A stretch of DNA of 64,000 nucleotides from contig OZ037766.1 of NCBI GenBank assembly GCA_964035545.1, positions 12,886,722 to 12,950,721 of the forward strand. Direction: 5' to 3'. Shown piece after piece: positions 1-12,467 of the stretch. Positions within the stretch are counted from its first letter, which is position 1. Each line of letters starts with the position of its first letter. This stretch comes from Bugula neritina (taxonomy: Eukaryota; Animalia; Bryozoa). The position numbers and the translations under genes were made by a program. The notes beneath the pieces are model-generated. The model was not told the origin of the DNA, ran no database searches, and was given only the letters and a program-made list of their open reading frames with translations.

Positions 1-200
1 TCATGATCATCTAGAGATTCCATGAGAGTGTGTAGCTGCTAACAAAAAATAATGCAATGCAGATTATGGTAAACAGCACACAATCACAATAGAATAAGCA
101 AATCTTACTTGGGTGACTGGTTAATTTAATTGTTGACTCCAAGTCAACCACGACCATGACCGCGTTGACGAGAATCGATAAACGCTAGCTAACCGAAAGA
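1..200 (-). other. Possible 5' end of a divergently transcribed gene running off the window (MESLDDH...)
   Basis: On the minus strand there is a donor CAA|GTAAG at ~108, an acceptor TTGTTAGCAG| at ~36 and an ATG at 23-21. CpG-richer sequence lies at 150-220. The fragment is too short to identify. Confidence 0.3.
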
Positions 201-2723
201 TGTATGTGGGCGTGTCCTACGGCTTATTTCTTTTACTGATTTATCTTTTTGTAAAGTAATTGGCATATCTTAGTTTCAACTACAAACTACAATATTATTA
301 TACCTGCAGTAAATAGTCAAAATAATTTTTTTATGCATGTCTCAAACAAACTATTGTGATTTAAATGCAAGCTTGTTTATGTTTAAACATTGTGGCGTTC
401 AACTCAGTTATGCACCTACTACGACAGTGCCACTAGCTGGCAGTAGCTAGCAGTGATAGTCCTAGCAGCAGTGATATCATTATATGATACAGAAGCGGTA
501 TTGCAGCAGCTGTCGCTTTACTGTAAGAATAGACAGCAGCCTGAAATATGTCTATGGTATTACAGCCTAGTCGCTCCAAGCATAATAATATTTGAGATGG
601 GGAATGTCATTAGAGACCGATCACGGTCACAATCACAGCGACATGATCTAATCAGGAGAAATGTTTTGAAGGACCAATCAAAATTAGAATTATATCTCTA
701 ACTTAAAGTTCCAACTAACGTTTGCCAGAGAATCGCCCACGTGAGGTGTAAGCTGAGTAGATGTGTGCACGCTAATGATTAGCTACTACTTTAAAATTTC
801 ACAAATAATGTTTGATATATAAAACCTGGGTTTTATAGCGTATCCACTAAATTCAAAACAGCCCTGTAAAAAATTCAGAAATGATCAATCATCTCAGAAA
901 AAAATTAAATTCCTTGACAATATCAATATCAATAGTAATACTCAATGATACTTATTTTACACTTGATTCATGATGAGAATTAAAATTACAGAAATATTGA
1001 TAACAGAAAACGCATTTCAATAAGTTGATAGCATTGAAAATTCTGCTACTGCAATTTGAATTTGAATTTATTTACAATTTAAATTTCAATTTGAATTTCA
1101 CTATTTCAGTATTTGAATTACTATTACTATTAGTCAATTAGTAATTTAGTTACATTTACTGAATTAGTATTATTGGTGATGCTATTACTAGTATTAGTAG
1201 TATTATTAGTATTAGTAGGTATAAAATAATCATAGTAATATTTTTATTATTGTTATTAATGTCTGATATTTATAACTTTTGTTTAAAAATACTAATAGTA
1301 ATTTTTTATGTTTGCACTTAATAATTATACTTATAGTGGTAATGAATAAACTAAAAAAAGTACCAGAAGTTAGTAAACAAAGTTATTTATTATTTTAGTA
1401 ATTATAGACTTTAAAGAGTCTAATTTTTAGTTTAGTTTGTCATTCTGAAAACCGCAGTATGTATTTATAATAATTACATCACTGGTTATGTAATGAGGAG
1501 ACTGCTAACTTGCAATTATGTAATCCTATACCATAATTTGCATATTTACTTGTATTTATTCATTGACATCCAAACATTTACAGTCAGTTTGACTGTCTCT
1601 GCACTTATGCTATAATGTTGTTTCAGCAATGTTGTCAGTTCCAGTTAATCAGTTGCTGCATAAAGTTTGTTATAAACTGCATGTACGAAAAAGTTATTTT
1701 TGATAAATTTTATAACTACTTCTAATGCATCAATCAGTTTACTCATCACTGGCAGGCAATAACTATGACCATCTGGGGCACATGTTATATTGTGGCTAGC
1801 AAAAAATAAGCAATTGGTAAATAGCCTTCAACATTCTTATTCTAAAATATTAATTGAAGGTTGTGTTAAAACAATTACATGCAATTGCAAGTAAAAAAGT
1901 CATTCAAAGCAAGAAATTTTTATCTGCAATTACCTTTCATAAACAATCATGAATCATTAATGTGGAAGCTTGATAAAAAATACAATTTCGTTCTAACATT
2001 TCTCAGTTCACTTAAAAAATATTATTTACTCTCTTAAAATTTAGTTTTCATAAATTTATATAATTTCCTAAAAACAAATTTTCAGCATGAATAATTAATA
2101 ATATGTCCATTCAATCATTTTAAATTTAATTGCTGCTACATAAATAAAAATGCCTTCATCTTTGAAAGAAGAAGTCAATTCCTAATAATCAAAACTTATT
2201 TTTGAACAGTTGCTTAATAATAAATCACCTTAAAATATCGTAACTAGTGATAAGAAATTGAGTTGATATTTATGATATTAAACTTGAAAATAGTTTAATG
2301 TAGGCACTATAAACTAAAAGTAAGCCCATAGTACCAAACCAAATGATGTGAAAGCCTTGAAGTTGTTCATGATGATCTCCAATCCTGATACTTATTTTGT
2401 GTTTTACTCTATCATTTGTTTTATTATTTAATTATTAGACTTTGTATTGTATGTGTTTAAATCATTGCTGTATATATTATGTGCAACAATACAGTTATTT
2501 TCTTCACCTATGTATATCATGGCTAATATACTTTGTCTACTGGTAAATCAAATTTTGAATAAAACAAAAATATTTCTGTTATATGCCAATTCATCTGTGA
2601 TTTTCATATAAAATAAATATTTAGAAGTAAACTTATGCTGTATGTTTTTGGTGTCATCCCAGATAGACGATAGGCTAAATTTCCCACTTAGACGATTCCC
2701 AGTTGGACGCTTCCCAGTTAGAC

Positions 2724-2975
<252 letters not shown>

Positions 2976-3025
2976 GTCTAACTGGGAAGCGTCCAACTGG
3001 GAATAGTCTAAGTGGGAAATTTAGT

Positions 3026-3070
3026 CTGAGGAGTGCCGAAGAGGCATGAAACTATTAGTAGCGCAATAAA
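3026..3070 (+). ncRNA. Minimal type I hammerhead ribozyme core (stem I mostly missing), as found in Penelope-like/retrozyme remnants
   Basis: CTGAGGA (3026-3032), stem II GTGCC/GGCAT with a GAAGA loop, GAAA (3048-3051), near-palindromic stem III ACTA-T-TAGT, cleavage triplet GTA (3058-3060), then AATAAA (3065-3070). Confidence 0.65.
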
Positions 3071-3201
3071 ACATCTATATAATTAAATTGCTTTTTTCTT
3101 CAATAATATAATTGCTCATTATTATACACATAATAATTTGAGCACTTTTTCATCTGCTGTTTTTTTAAAAAGCTCATGCTACGAATATATATGTATATAT
3201 G

Positions 3202-3240
<39 letters not shown>
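3026..3240 (+). mobile_element. Short retroelement-like insertion (hammerhead core, AATAAA, hairpin, (AT)n tail)
   Basis: It is flanked by the imperfect direct repeat agtgggaaatttagtct (3011-3027) / agtaggaaatttagcct (3240-3256). It contains a hairpin tgctcattatt...aataatttgagca (~3113-3144) and an (AT)n tract at 3186-3238. Confidence 0.55.
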
Positions 3241-3241
<1 letters not shown>

Positions 3242-3456
3242 TAGGAAATTTAGCCTATCGTCTAACTGGGAATGGTCTATCTGGGATTAAAACATGTCTT
3301 TATACCAGATTTCAATTGGCTTGTGAGTTTGTAGCTGAAAGCTGTAAATTTGTTAGAATAAACTTGTTTTTTTTCATTTCATAAATTGTTGAGTTTCTCC
3401 TTGTAATGTATAATGCTTATTGCGTTCACCATTTAATGTGTGATTTTTCTTTGTAG

Positions 3457-3988
3457 ATCGTCAATGATGTCACCAGCATCATTTCAAGCTCTCCAGCAAG
3501 ACTACAACCTTAAAAATAGTCTTTCACAGAGTATCTCACATTTTAATAGTTTTAGCCATAAAAATTCTAATGTGAAGTACAAGTCCACCCAGTTCGCATG
3601 TGAACTTGGTTTCAGGTGATTAATTGTATCTGTTTCATTATATTTTAATGTTTGAAAAAATCTAACAATTTATTTTAAATGTATTTGTTTGGATTTATTG
3701 CAAAAAAAAACCATACATTTGGCGCAAGTATAAGATTGATACTACGTAAATTGTTTTCCTTTTAGCAATATATTTTTTGATAAGCATTAGCTTCTTCTTC
3801 AACATGGCGTTCAGTCAGTAGGTTACATTTTCTCTGCTGTAGGGTCTACATGACTCTTGGATGTTGCTTCATCTGTCATAAAAATCAAGCTCACATAAGA
3901 GGTGAACTGACTGTTTCATTGCCTTTATTGGGGTTAGAAGGACTACTGTTGTTAGTTAATGTTAGTTACATTCCTGCTATAGTGATAT
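3457..3988 (+). pseudogene. Decayed copies of Twinkle exons 7 and 8 (3457-3615 and 3843-3988)
   Basis: 3457-3615 aligns to 36811-36982 (shared atgtcaccagca, ctacaaccttaaaaatagtctttcaca, agtatctcac). 3843-3988 contains agaggtgaactgactgt and gaaggactact, matching the Walker A exon 37295-37429, but the P-loop is destroyed. Confidence 0.85.
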
Positions 3989-4603
3989 GTAAGTTTAATT
4001 GATATCAAAGAAACAACAACTCTATCTGATGAATACATACATATACATTATATGCTATAGAAGGTGTTATAATATTCCAAAATATTTATATTTATAATAT
4101 ATATATTTATATATATATATTTATAATATTTATTTTTACCAATTCTTGTTGCTTTTTTGAAATCTTCAAAATGTTTTGAAATCAAATAAATGTTAGAACT
4201 ACTGCTGCTATCTGTAAACAATTTTAAAAAAAAACTTTACAAGGCATTATTTCAAGAGAAAAACATTTTATTCAACTCTTAACAGAAATTTTGTAGTGCC
4301 ATGCAAATTGTTGTTTTGTTATGTTTTGTAGGTTGGTTTGGACCCCAAAATCTAACAGATGTTGTTTTTGCTTGAACTTGGACATGCTGAATGTGAAATT
4401 AACCTTTTCACATAACATTTGTACTCAAATGGCTGCTACCAGCTTAACAGTCTTCCGCTATCATGTAAATTATAATTATTTATTTATTATTTTAAGCTTA
4501 TAATGGTGTTTATTCTAGCACAACTGCAGTTTAATGGTGTGCTTATGTAAGCGTAATTACTGGTTTGAAGTAGAAACATTTTACTTTCATTTGACCGTTG
4601 CAG

Positions 4604-5277
4604 CTCTTAGTTCATTTCACAAAGAATCCATCAACCACTCTCTAGTTTTCTGCTTGTGCATGTAGTTCCATGAATTCTTCAGATTGATACTGAGGTTTGA
4701 GCCCAACAGTTGAAATATTTCTGGTCTAAACGCAACAGAGGTAAGTTTCAAGTATTCACAAGTATTTAATCCATAGGTCTTGAATTATTTTTTGTTTGAT
4801 TAAAAATTTAAGTCATTACGTTTGAATTAGCAAATTTTTAAATTGATAAAATTTATGGAAATACAATGTTGGTGGAGTTTTATTTGTATGCTAATTGCAA
4901 AATTAAAAAATGTTAGTGGGGGAAGTTGGGAAAATATGTGTTGTGGTAAAGCAATGCATTGTTGCCATGTTGAATTAAACTGTAGTTACAGAGTGTGACC
5001 AATTCTCTTTAAAAAATATAAACCTATTAGTAGTACTAAATAAAAAGCTTTGTTACAGTGTGTATTTGAGTCATTTTACTTTATTTAGAAGTAGTCCAAA
5101 CTGGCATTTTTGACCTATTTTATACTTATAGGAATATCACTGCTGATGTAAAATTTTTTGTTTAAAAGTAGTTTGTTTAATAAAACCAAATATTTTTGTA
5201 ATTTTGCTACATTTTCCACACATTTTTTATAGATTTTTTTTATAGAACATAGGTTTTCTGGTAATTTTTGCATCATG
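4604..5277 (+). other. Candidate non-coding 5' exons of AGO-A1 (4604-4740 and 5132-5277)
   Basis: Consensus donors GAG|GTAAGT (4741) and ATG|GTGAGT (5278), each with an upstream AG acceptor. The first coding exon itself begins with an acceptor (TGTAG|5842), so at least one upstream exon is expected. Confidence 0.45.
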
Positions 5278-5860
5278 GTGAGTAAGCTGTATTTAATTAT
5301 CAAAACATGAGGCTATATAATTTGTAAAATTGATTTTATATTTGATTATGCTTATGGTTATACTTACAATGTTTTAAATGAAATATGAAATATACCAATT
5401 TTCTCACCTAATAGTAATAGCCATAGTTTACAAATCTAGCTTGTAAGGTGGTTAGTCACTGTCTTCACAATTTTCCACAACTAATTTTTTATTATCAAAT
5501 ATAAATGAAACTAACTTTATTGTTGCAAGATGCCCTTTTAGCCTTTTTTCCTATACAATAATATTTTGTACTTGGCAAAAAGTACTGCAACCTCTTGTAT
5601 TTTGATGACTTTTAACCAATTGTAATATTTGGTGCTAATTTGCTGACATGTGATACTAAATGAAGTTAAACGACCCATTATTGGTATCTGCACACTATTT
5701 TGAGACTGAAATAATATTCACAAAATGAAACCAACTTTCAACTTTAACAATCAATTGCTGTTAGCTAAATTTATCACCCATTTACATTACTAAACATTTA
5801 TCAAAAAGCTACACCTAAGGCTGGCTTTGTTGGTGTTGTAGATCACCTAACAGTCAAACA

Positions 5861-8800
5861 ATGGAGGGGTTTATACGCCCTGACAGACCAAACTTTGGAA
5901 CAAGGGGAGATGGTATTATTCTCCGTGCAAATCATTTTAAGATCAAAGTTAAAAAGGGTTCCATACAGCACTATACTATCAAGATGCTTCCAGATAATCT
6001 ATCCAAGAGACATCGAAGGTACTGTTTGCTGTTTAATTTAAACTTATAACTCAAGTTTTCCACAAATTTATGTGTTTTGTCAGATGCATTTGCTGTCCAA
6101 ATTTGCTGTAAAATATTTATTCTCTAAGCATCCATTTTTAAAAAAATTGCATCTAAAACGTTTAAAACACTGAATTTCACTGCTTAATTGTACTTGCTTT
6201 CTGTATTTAGGAAAGTATTTGAGAAATTACTACAACTTTATTCTTCAATATTTGCTGGCCAGCTTCCAGTGTTTGATGGCATAAAGAATATATACAGTAA
6301 AGATCCTTTACCAATGATTAAGGGCAAGGTATAACAGTACTTCCTTTTGATTTATTCAGCTTCTGATACAGTTATTGATTCCCCAGGTTTTTATAATTTA
6401 AGGAACTTTGTTCAAAAGTTTGAATTGCTTTGTTTCCAGTATTTCTAGTGACCCTAATTCCACTTGTTTATGTTTTCCTGATGTTGAATGTATTAGTACT
6501 TATTTTGTACTTCAGGATCTGTTATCATTTTATAGAATTAAAATATTTCACACAAATTCAATGTATGAGTGTAAATAAAATATGATATTTTACAAATCAT
6601 AGAATAGCAAGTTGCAAGGCTGAAGAATAAATAACTGTCCCATCTGTTGATGTTTCCCTGTCTTTACTCTGGTTTATTATTGTACAGCTGGAGCTGGAAA
6701 CTTTGTTGCCTGATGATGAAAGAGTAAAAGTCACAGTCCTAATTCAATGGATCTCACAACTTAGTCTACCTTCTTTCTCTGGCTCATCAGATGAACTCAA
6801 CAATGAAATGCCATACAGTGCCATTCAAGTGTTAGATGTGATAATGAGGTATTCAGCCAGCTTGAGGTAAGTACATGTAAACTATAATATGACAAAAGAT
6901 TCTTTATAAAACTTTTAAACCATCTTTATTGTTTAAATACAATTGCACCTGTCAGGTAATTCCCTGGTTTTCTATCTGAAAATCTTTTCTCCCTTCATCA
7001 GTTAGATCTCCCTAGTAGTTGTTTTCTCTCATCTGAAGTATATATTTCGCTGTTTTGTATAAAAATAAAATATTTGCGGTTCGGAAATATAAAACCTTTC
7101 CGAACCACCAAAATTTTAAGATTGTATAAAGGTACTCAAATTTTGCATTGTTTTTAGATACACTCCAATTGGCCGATTTTTCTTTCAACCTCCAGAGAAC
7201 TCTAATCAGTCGTTGGGTGGTGGTAGGGAGGTGTGGCATGGCCATTTTCAAAATGTTCAGCTGTCTTGCTGGAAAACCATGCTAAATATGGATGTTGCTG
7301 CCACAGCGTTCTATAAAGCTCAGTCTGTTGAGAAGTTTATGATGGAGGTGAACTATGCTTATTTAGTCATATGTTACACTCTTGCTGGCAATAAATCCGC
7401 CTTCTATATTCAATCTCTGAATTTTTATACCTTCTATATTTTGCGGTTTTTTGTCTATAGTGAGGAAATTTTGAGTGCTGCTGCTCGAGAAAGAAATATA
7501 CGTTATTTGGTTGATTCTAGGTGCTGGGTATTACAGAGATGTCTCTTCAGACTAGGCCTCTTTGTGAGAGGCAGCGGAAAAAGTTTTATAAAGAGATAGT
7601 GGGCTTGAAGGTGGAAGTAACACATTCTGGGTATAAACGCAAATACAAAGTGACAGGCGTGACTAAACGCCCTGCACGCACACAGTCGTACGTATTCCAA
7701 AGTTGTTAGGTACAACTATTAGTGAGATAAGGGCATATCTGTAGTGTTTATTAGTAGATTGTCGTTGTTATTTTTTAAATAGCTGGTAAACTTCTGAAAT
7801 CTAAACTTAGCAGTATACAATGCTGCAGCTTTTATAGTTCAGTAATGAGAAAGTTCCTCATATTCCTAGTATTTATTGTCTAGGTTTCCCCTAACTCTGG
7901 AGTCTGGCCAGACTGTTGAATGCACTGTAGTTAAGTATTTCCGAGAGAAATATAATATTGAACTGGAATTTCCATACTTACCATGCCTTACAGTTGGGAA
8001 GGAGGAAAGACACACATACTTCCCTCTAGAGGTTTGTTTCTATTTTAGCAGCTGGTATTTTGTGTATTTAAGTTTCCAGGCTTATAATGAGCAGATGTTG
8101 GCTGAAGTAATTCTTATTTCTCATTAGTTCTAGTTTAGAAAGTTACTATCTTTTGAAAGATGCTTTGTGGAGTTTACTAGATGTTGCTGTAATTATTTTA
8201 GCCTAATTCAACAGTCACTCTTAGCAAATATTTTTTAAAAAGCATAAAATATTGTTTGCTTTATGAAAGCAAGTATTTGCAGGTTACTTGTTTTAAATAT
8301 CTAGACTGAAAGAGAATAAAATCTTCTTCCAAAATGTTTAGTTCTTTGTTTGGGTTGCAGCATATGCGTGTTTGTAACTTTTTAAAATTATTTGATTGAC
8401 TTTTAGAAATGATAGATGGGTGAATTGATATAAACTAATCAGAAATAGATCAATATTGATATTCTGATTCTTTTTCAGTTTATTGACTTTAAGATAAAAA
8501 GTATCAGAGTTGATTTATTTGTTGTAAAATAGTGAAAAATGGATAAATTGGCCATGTTTATGAATATTGATGTAGATATTTGAGTTGAATTGAATTGTGT
8601 AAAAATGTTTTTTGGAAACAGCTCTTGAATCATAATCTATATGGATACTTCAACAAAATAACCTAATTCCAAATTGAAGGTCAAATTTATGTTTCTTTTG
8701 ATAAGCCTAAAAATTATATATTTTGATTTTAAACTAAATTATTTCTCATATCTAGCTTACACCATTTAAAAAAATTTGTTCTAATGCATATAAATGTTAT

Positions 8801-11800
8801 AGTTTAAGTTACATTCTGAGAATTAGAAAATTATAAAAGTTGGATGCAAAAAACACTTTCTTTTAAAATAAACCCAATAAAATAGTTTCAAGGATCATAT
8901 TTAGTAACGTTGACAGAATACAGCACTTCAGGTTACTGGTTGCAGGTTTGTTCGATTGTAAAGGGTCAAAAGTGCAACAAGAAGTTAACTGACTTCCAAG
9001 CCTCTGGTATGATCAATGCGACAGCGCGCTCAGCTCATGATAGAGAAAGGGAAATTAACAACCTGGTAGGTGGTACTAAGTATGGTAGTGTTTAGTGCAG
9101 TAGTCTAAAGAACAGTATTATAGCTTCGCAGTCCTTCTTGTTATACTGTTTATTTTAAACAAATTTTCATCTTATATGATTTCAGGTGCTCCAGGCAAAT
9201 TTCAACGAAAACCCTCACCTTAGACAGTTTGATATATCTGTGAATACTGAAATGACCGAACTCAACGGACGAGTGTTGAGCCCCCCTATGATACTCTATG
9301 CGGAACCAGTAAGTTTTTGGTATTTTGGTCATCTAGTAATATAATTAACAAACTACCTAAATATGGATTTTAGAAAAGTAATCTGTCTGTGTAACTGGAT
9401 AATTTTTTGTAGAACATGGCGGAGCCGAGACGAGGAGTGTGGGATGGTAGAGAGAAACCATTCGTTGAAGCTGTAGTGATTGAAACTTGGGCCATAGCAT
9501 CTTTTGTTCCACAGGAATCGCTGGGAAGTGAAAATTTGAAGTGAGTTTTGTTAATTTATTAATTAAAAATAGCTTACACAAGTTGATAGTTTAATGGCCT
9601 TTGTCGGGTTCGAAACCATGACTTCATTTTCAAGTTATTAATTTTGCTCTTGCTAGCCTTTATAAAAATTATCTTGTAAAATTCTCCCAGCAAAAAAGTT
9701 TTAATGCAAAATAATCTAAGACCATAAATGCCATTCAACAATATTTTTTAATTTTCCAATGCATTAAATCAACTCCAACAGTTTGTTTACAAAGCACAAT
9801 GTGCTCTTTCTGTCACTGATACAAACTAAAGCTTTGATATTTTATGGAATGCAGTCATTTTCTTTTAGGAGCTTTGCATTGGAGCTTTACAGAAACTCGA
9901 GAAGTGCTGGACTGCATATAAAAAGACCTCCTAATTACAGATATGCAGATAGTGCAGAAATAGAATTATTGTTTAAGAAGCTGAAATCAGAGTTTCCAAA
10001 AATTCAACTTGTGTTTGTTGTCTTGCCTCCTAAAAACAAGATCTACGGTAAATATTGGCTGCTTAGCTAGTAATTTACATGTTAACTTATACCAAAACAA
10101 ACATTTTCTGAACTTGCACTTTCTTCTAATAAAAGCAGTCTGTTGAGTTATTGGTAGTCAGTACCTAATGGTGTTGTATTGCTTGCTGTGACCACGCTTT
10201 CTATACTTTTATAGCCGAAGTAAAGAGGGTGGCTGAGATTGTATGTGGAATAACTACACAGTGTGTGCAGCTTCAAAATGTACTCAAGCTATCTCCCAAA
10301 ACTCTTTCCAACATCTGCCTCAAAATAAATACCAAGTTGGGAGGTATTAACGCTGTTACAGAAAGAGATGCAGAGTTTGAAAAGAGGTATTTGTTCTGTT
10401 TACATGTATAATAGACTTTTGCTCACACACTAAAAAACACACACACACACATCCCATTAATTGTACTGCCCAATTTTTGTTATTTCTGCAACCAGTAGAG
10501 ACCATGTTTTTCGGCTTTGATATTATTGATACATGTCTTTGTCTTTTATAGAGGGCCTACCATATTCCTTGGAGCAGTTGTTACTCATCCTCCAGCTGGA
10601 TGCAGTCGGAGACCATCTATTGCAGCCGTGAGCACTTATGTTAATAAAACTATTATTGATTGATTTATTACACATCACAGACATAAAAAAATGTTGTGAA
10701 ATTCAGTGTAAATACTGGCTATAATAAGGTATGAACAAACTTGGGAAAAAAGGTCAGAACTGTATTGTATTCAATATCGAGTGCTGTAGTTAGTTTCTGA
10801 ATATATAAATCTATGTCATGATACTCAATGCCAAGTTTAGAGCAGTATTTGGAAATATTTCTTGTAGCCTTTTTATCGCTGGCATAGATACAAGTAAAAG
10901 TAATAGGTAGACCATACGCGGTGAGAGACATGATGAAACTGTTGAATGACATATATATTTGCTAGAGGTTTAGAGCTAAAATAGACAAATTTCTTCACAT
11001 TTGTCATTCTTCTTGATACTGTTGTAACCACTGATAAATCATGTTCCTGAAATCTCAAACTCTGATACAGCAAGGTATCTTACCATTTCATATTATTGCG
11101 TTTTAACGTATTGAGGAATAGCTTTATTTAGTAGATACTGGTTGAATTACAGGTTGTGGGTAGTATGGATGGCTTCCTCTACAGATATTTGCCTGAGATT
11201 CGACTTCAGACTAATGAAAGTGAGGTTATAGAAAACCTGGCTGATATGGTGAAAAACCTGCTTATAAAGTTCAAGATAAAAACAACCTGGAAACCAACTA
11301 AAATCATCTACTACCGCACTGGAGTGTGTGAGAGCCAGTTCAGCTATGTATGTCTACAGAAAAACTAGTAATAATTTTGCTTCAGTAATAAAAAGACTCC
11401 TTACAGCATCTTAGTAAACTAATGCTTCCATTTGGAGGCCAGATTGTGGTTAGTCTAACTGAAATAATATAGTTGTTGTAAACAAACTTTATAGTAAAAC
11501 TAAAAGTACAATGAATACTTCTTTGATTTCAAGGTGCTGAATTGTGAGGTGAGAGGTATAAGAAGGGCTTGTTTGATGTTGGAGAAAGATTACCAGCCTG
11601 GTATTACCATGATAGCTGTTCAGAAAAAACATCACACCAGGCTCTTCTGTGCTGACAAGAGAGATCAGATTGGTAGAAGTGGGAATATTCCTCCTGGTAC
11701 TACTGTTGACGTGGGAATCACACATCCTACCGAGTTTGATTTCTTTCTCTGCAGTCATGCTGGTGTCCAGGTAAATTGTTTTATCACTTGATCAATACTT

Positions 11801-12467
11801 TAAATATATCCTCATGAACTAACATTTTTAGAAACACTTTGAATTGTGTCATTTACATAAAACCAAAAGAGTAAGGCATTCTGATAGCCACTGTGTTCAT
11901 CTTAAGAGTTGAATGAATATAAATACATGGTACTGATGTACTGATGATTCTCACAGATAAATTACCTTTACAGGGTACCAGTCGACCGTCTCACTACCAT
12001 ATCCTCTGGGATGACAACAAATTCGGAGCAGATGAGTTACAAACCATGACTTATCAATTATGTTATACATATTCCATCTGCACCAGAAGTATTTCAATGC
12101 CAGCTCCTGTCTTCTATGTTCACAGCTTAGCCAACAGAGTTTGCGCATATCTGCAACACAACTACCAGGATAGGTATGTGATGGTCGGCTTCAATAATAT
12201 TGGCGTTTCTAATGTAATCCATTTGGGTTTATTGCATAATTTGATGGCTACCATGTTGCAATTGGTGATCTAAGATACAAATCTTTCGTTCCAATATTTT
12301 TGCTGCCCTATTGTCATTTCACTGCTGCTGCTCATCACTACTTCCCTTTTGCTTACAGTCCGGAAAGCAGTTACCACTCTGGAAGCGATGAGGAGATGAA
12401 TTTGGCTGAGCTGAGCAAATCTGTAATTGTTCATGATGATTTGGGGTCTTCTATGTTTTTTGTCTAA
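5861..12467 (+). CDS. Argonaute (AGO clade, miRNA-type-derived), paralog A1; 16 coding exons, predicted 832 aa; predicted non-slicer
   Basis: Exons 5861-6018, 6211-6328, 6688-6866, 7158-7347, 7521-7687, 7884-8031, 8946-9065, 9186-9308, 9413-9540, 9869-10047, 10215-10386, 10552-10627, 11153-11347, 11534-11770, 11974-12173, 12359-12467. All are GT-AG, phase-consistent and total 2499 nt. Motifs: [34 protein letters not shown]...[41 protein letters not shown]...GTSRPSHY, C-terminal MFFV*. AATAAA at 12686-12691. Confidence 0.95.

Noticed and set aside
453-701. 82-aa ORF and other short intronic or antisense ORFs in the track
   Set aside because: They have no recognisable motifs, mostly non-ATG starts, and are expected by chance or overlap real exons in other frames.
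1620-1800. Further Twinkle pseudo-exon (faint similarity to exon 5)
   Set aside because: The similarity is too weak to support without a computed alignment.
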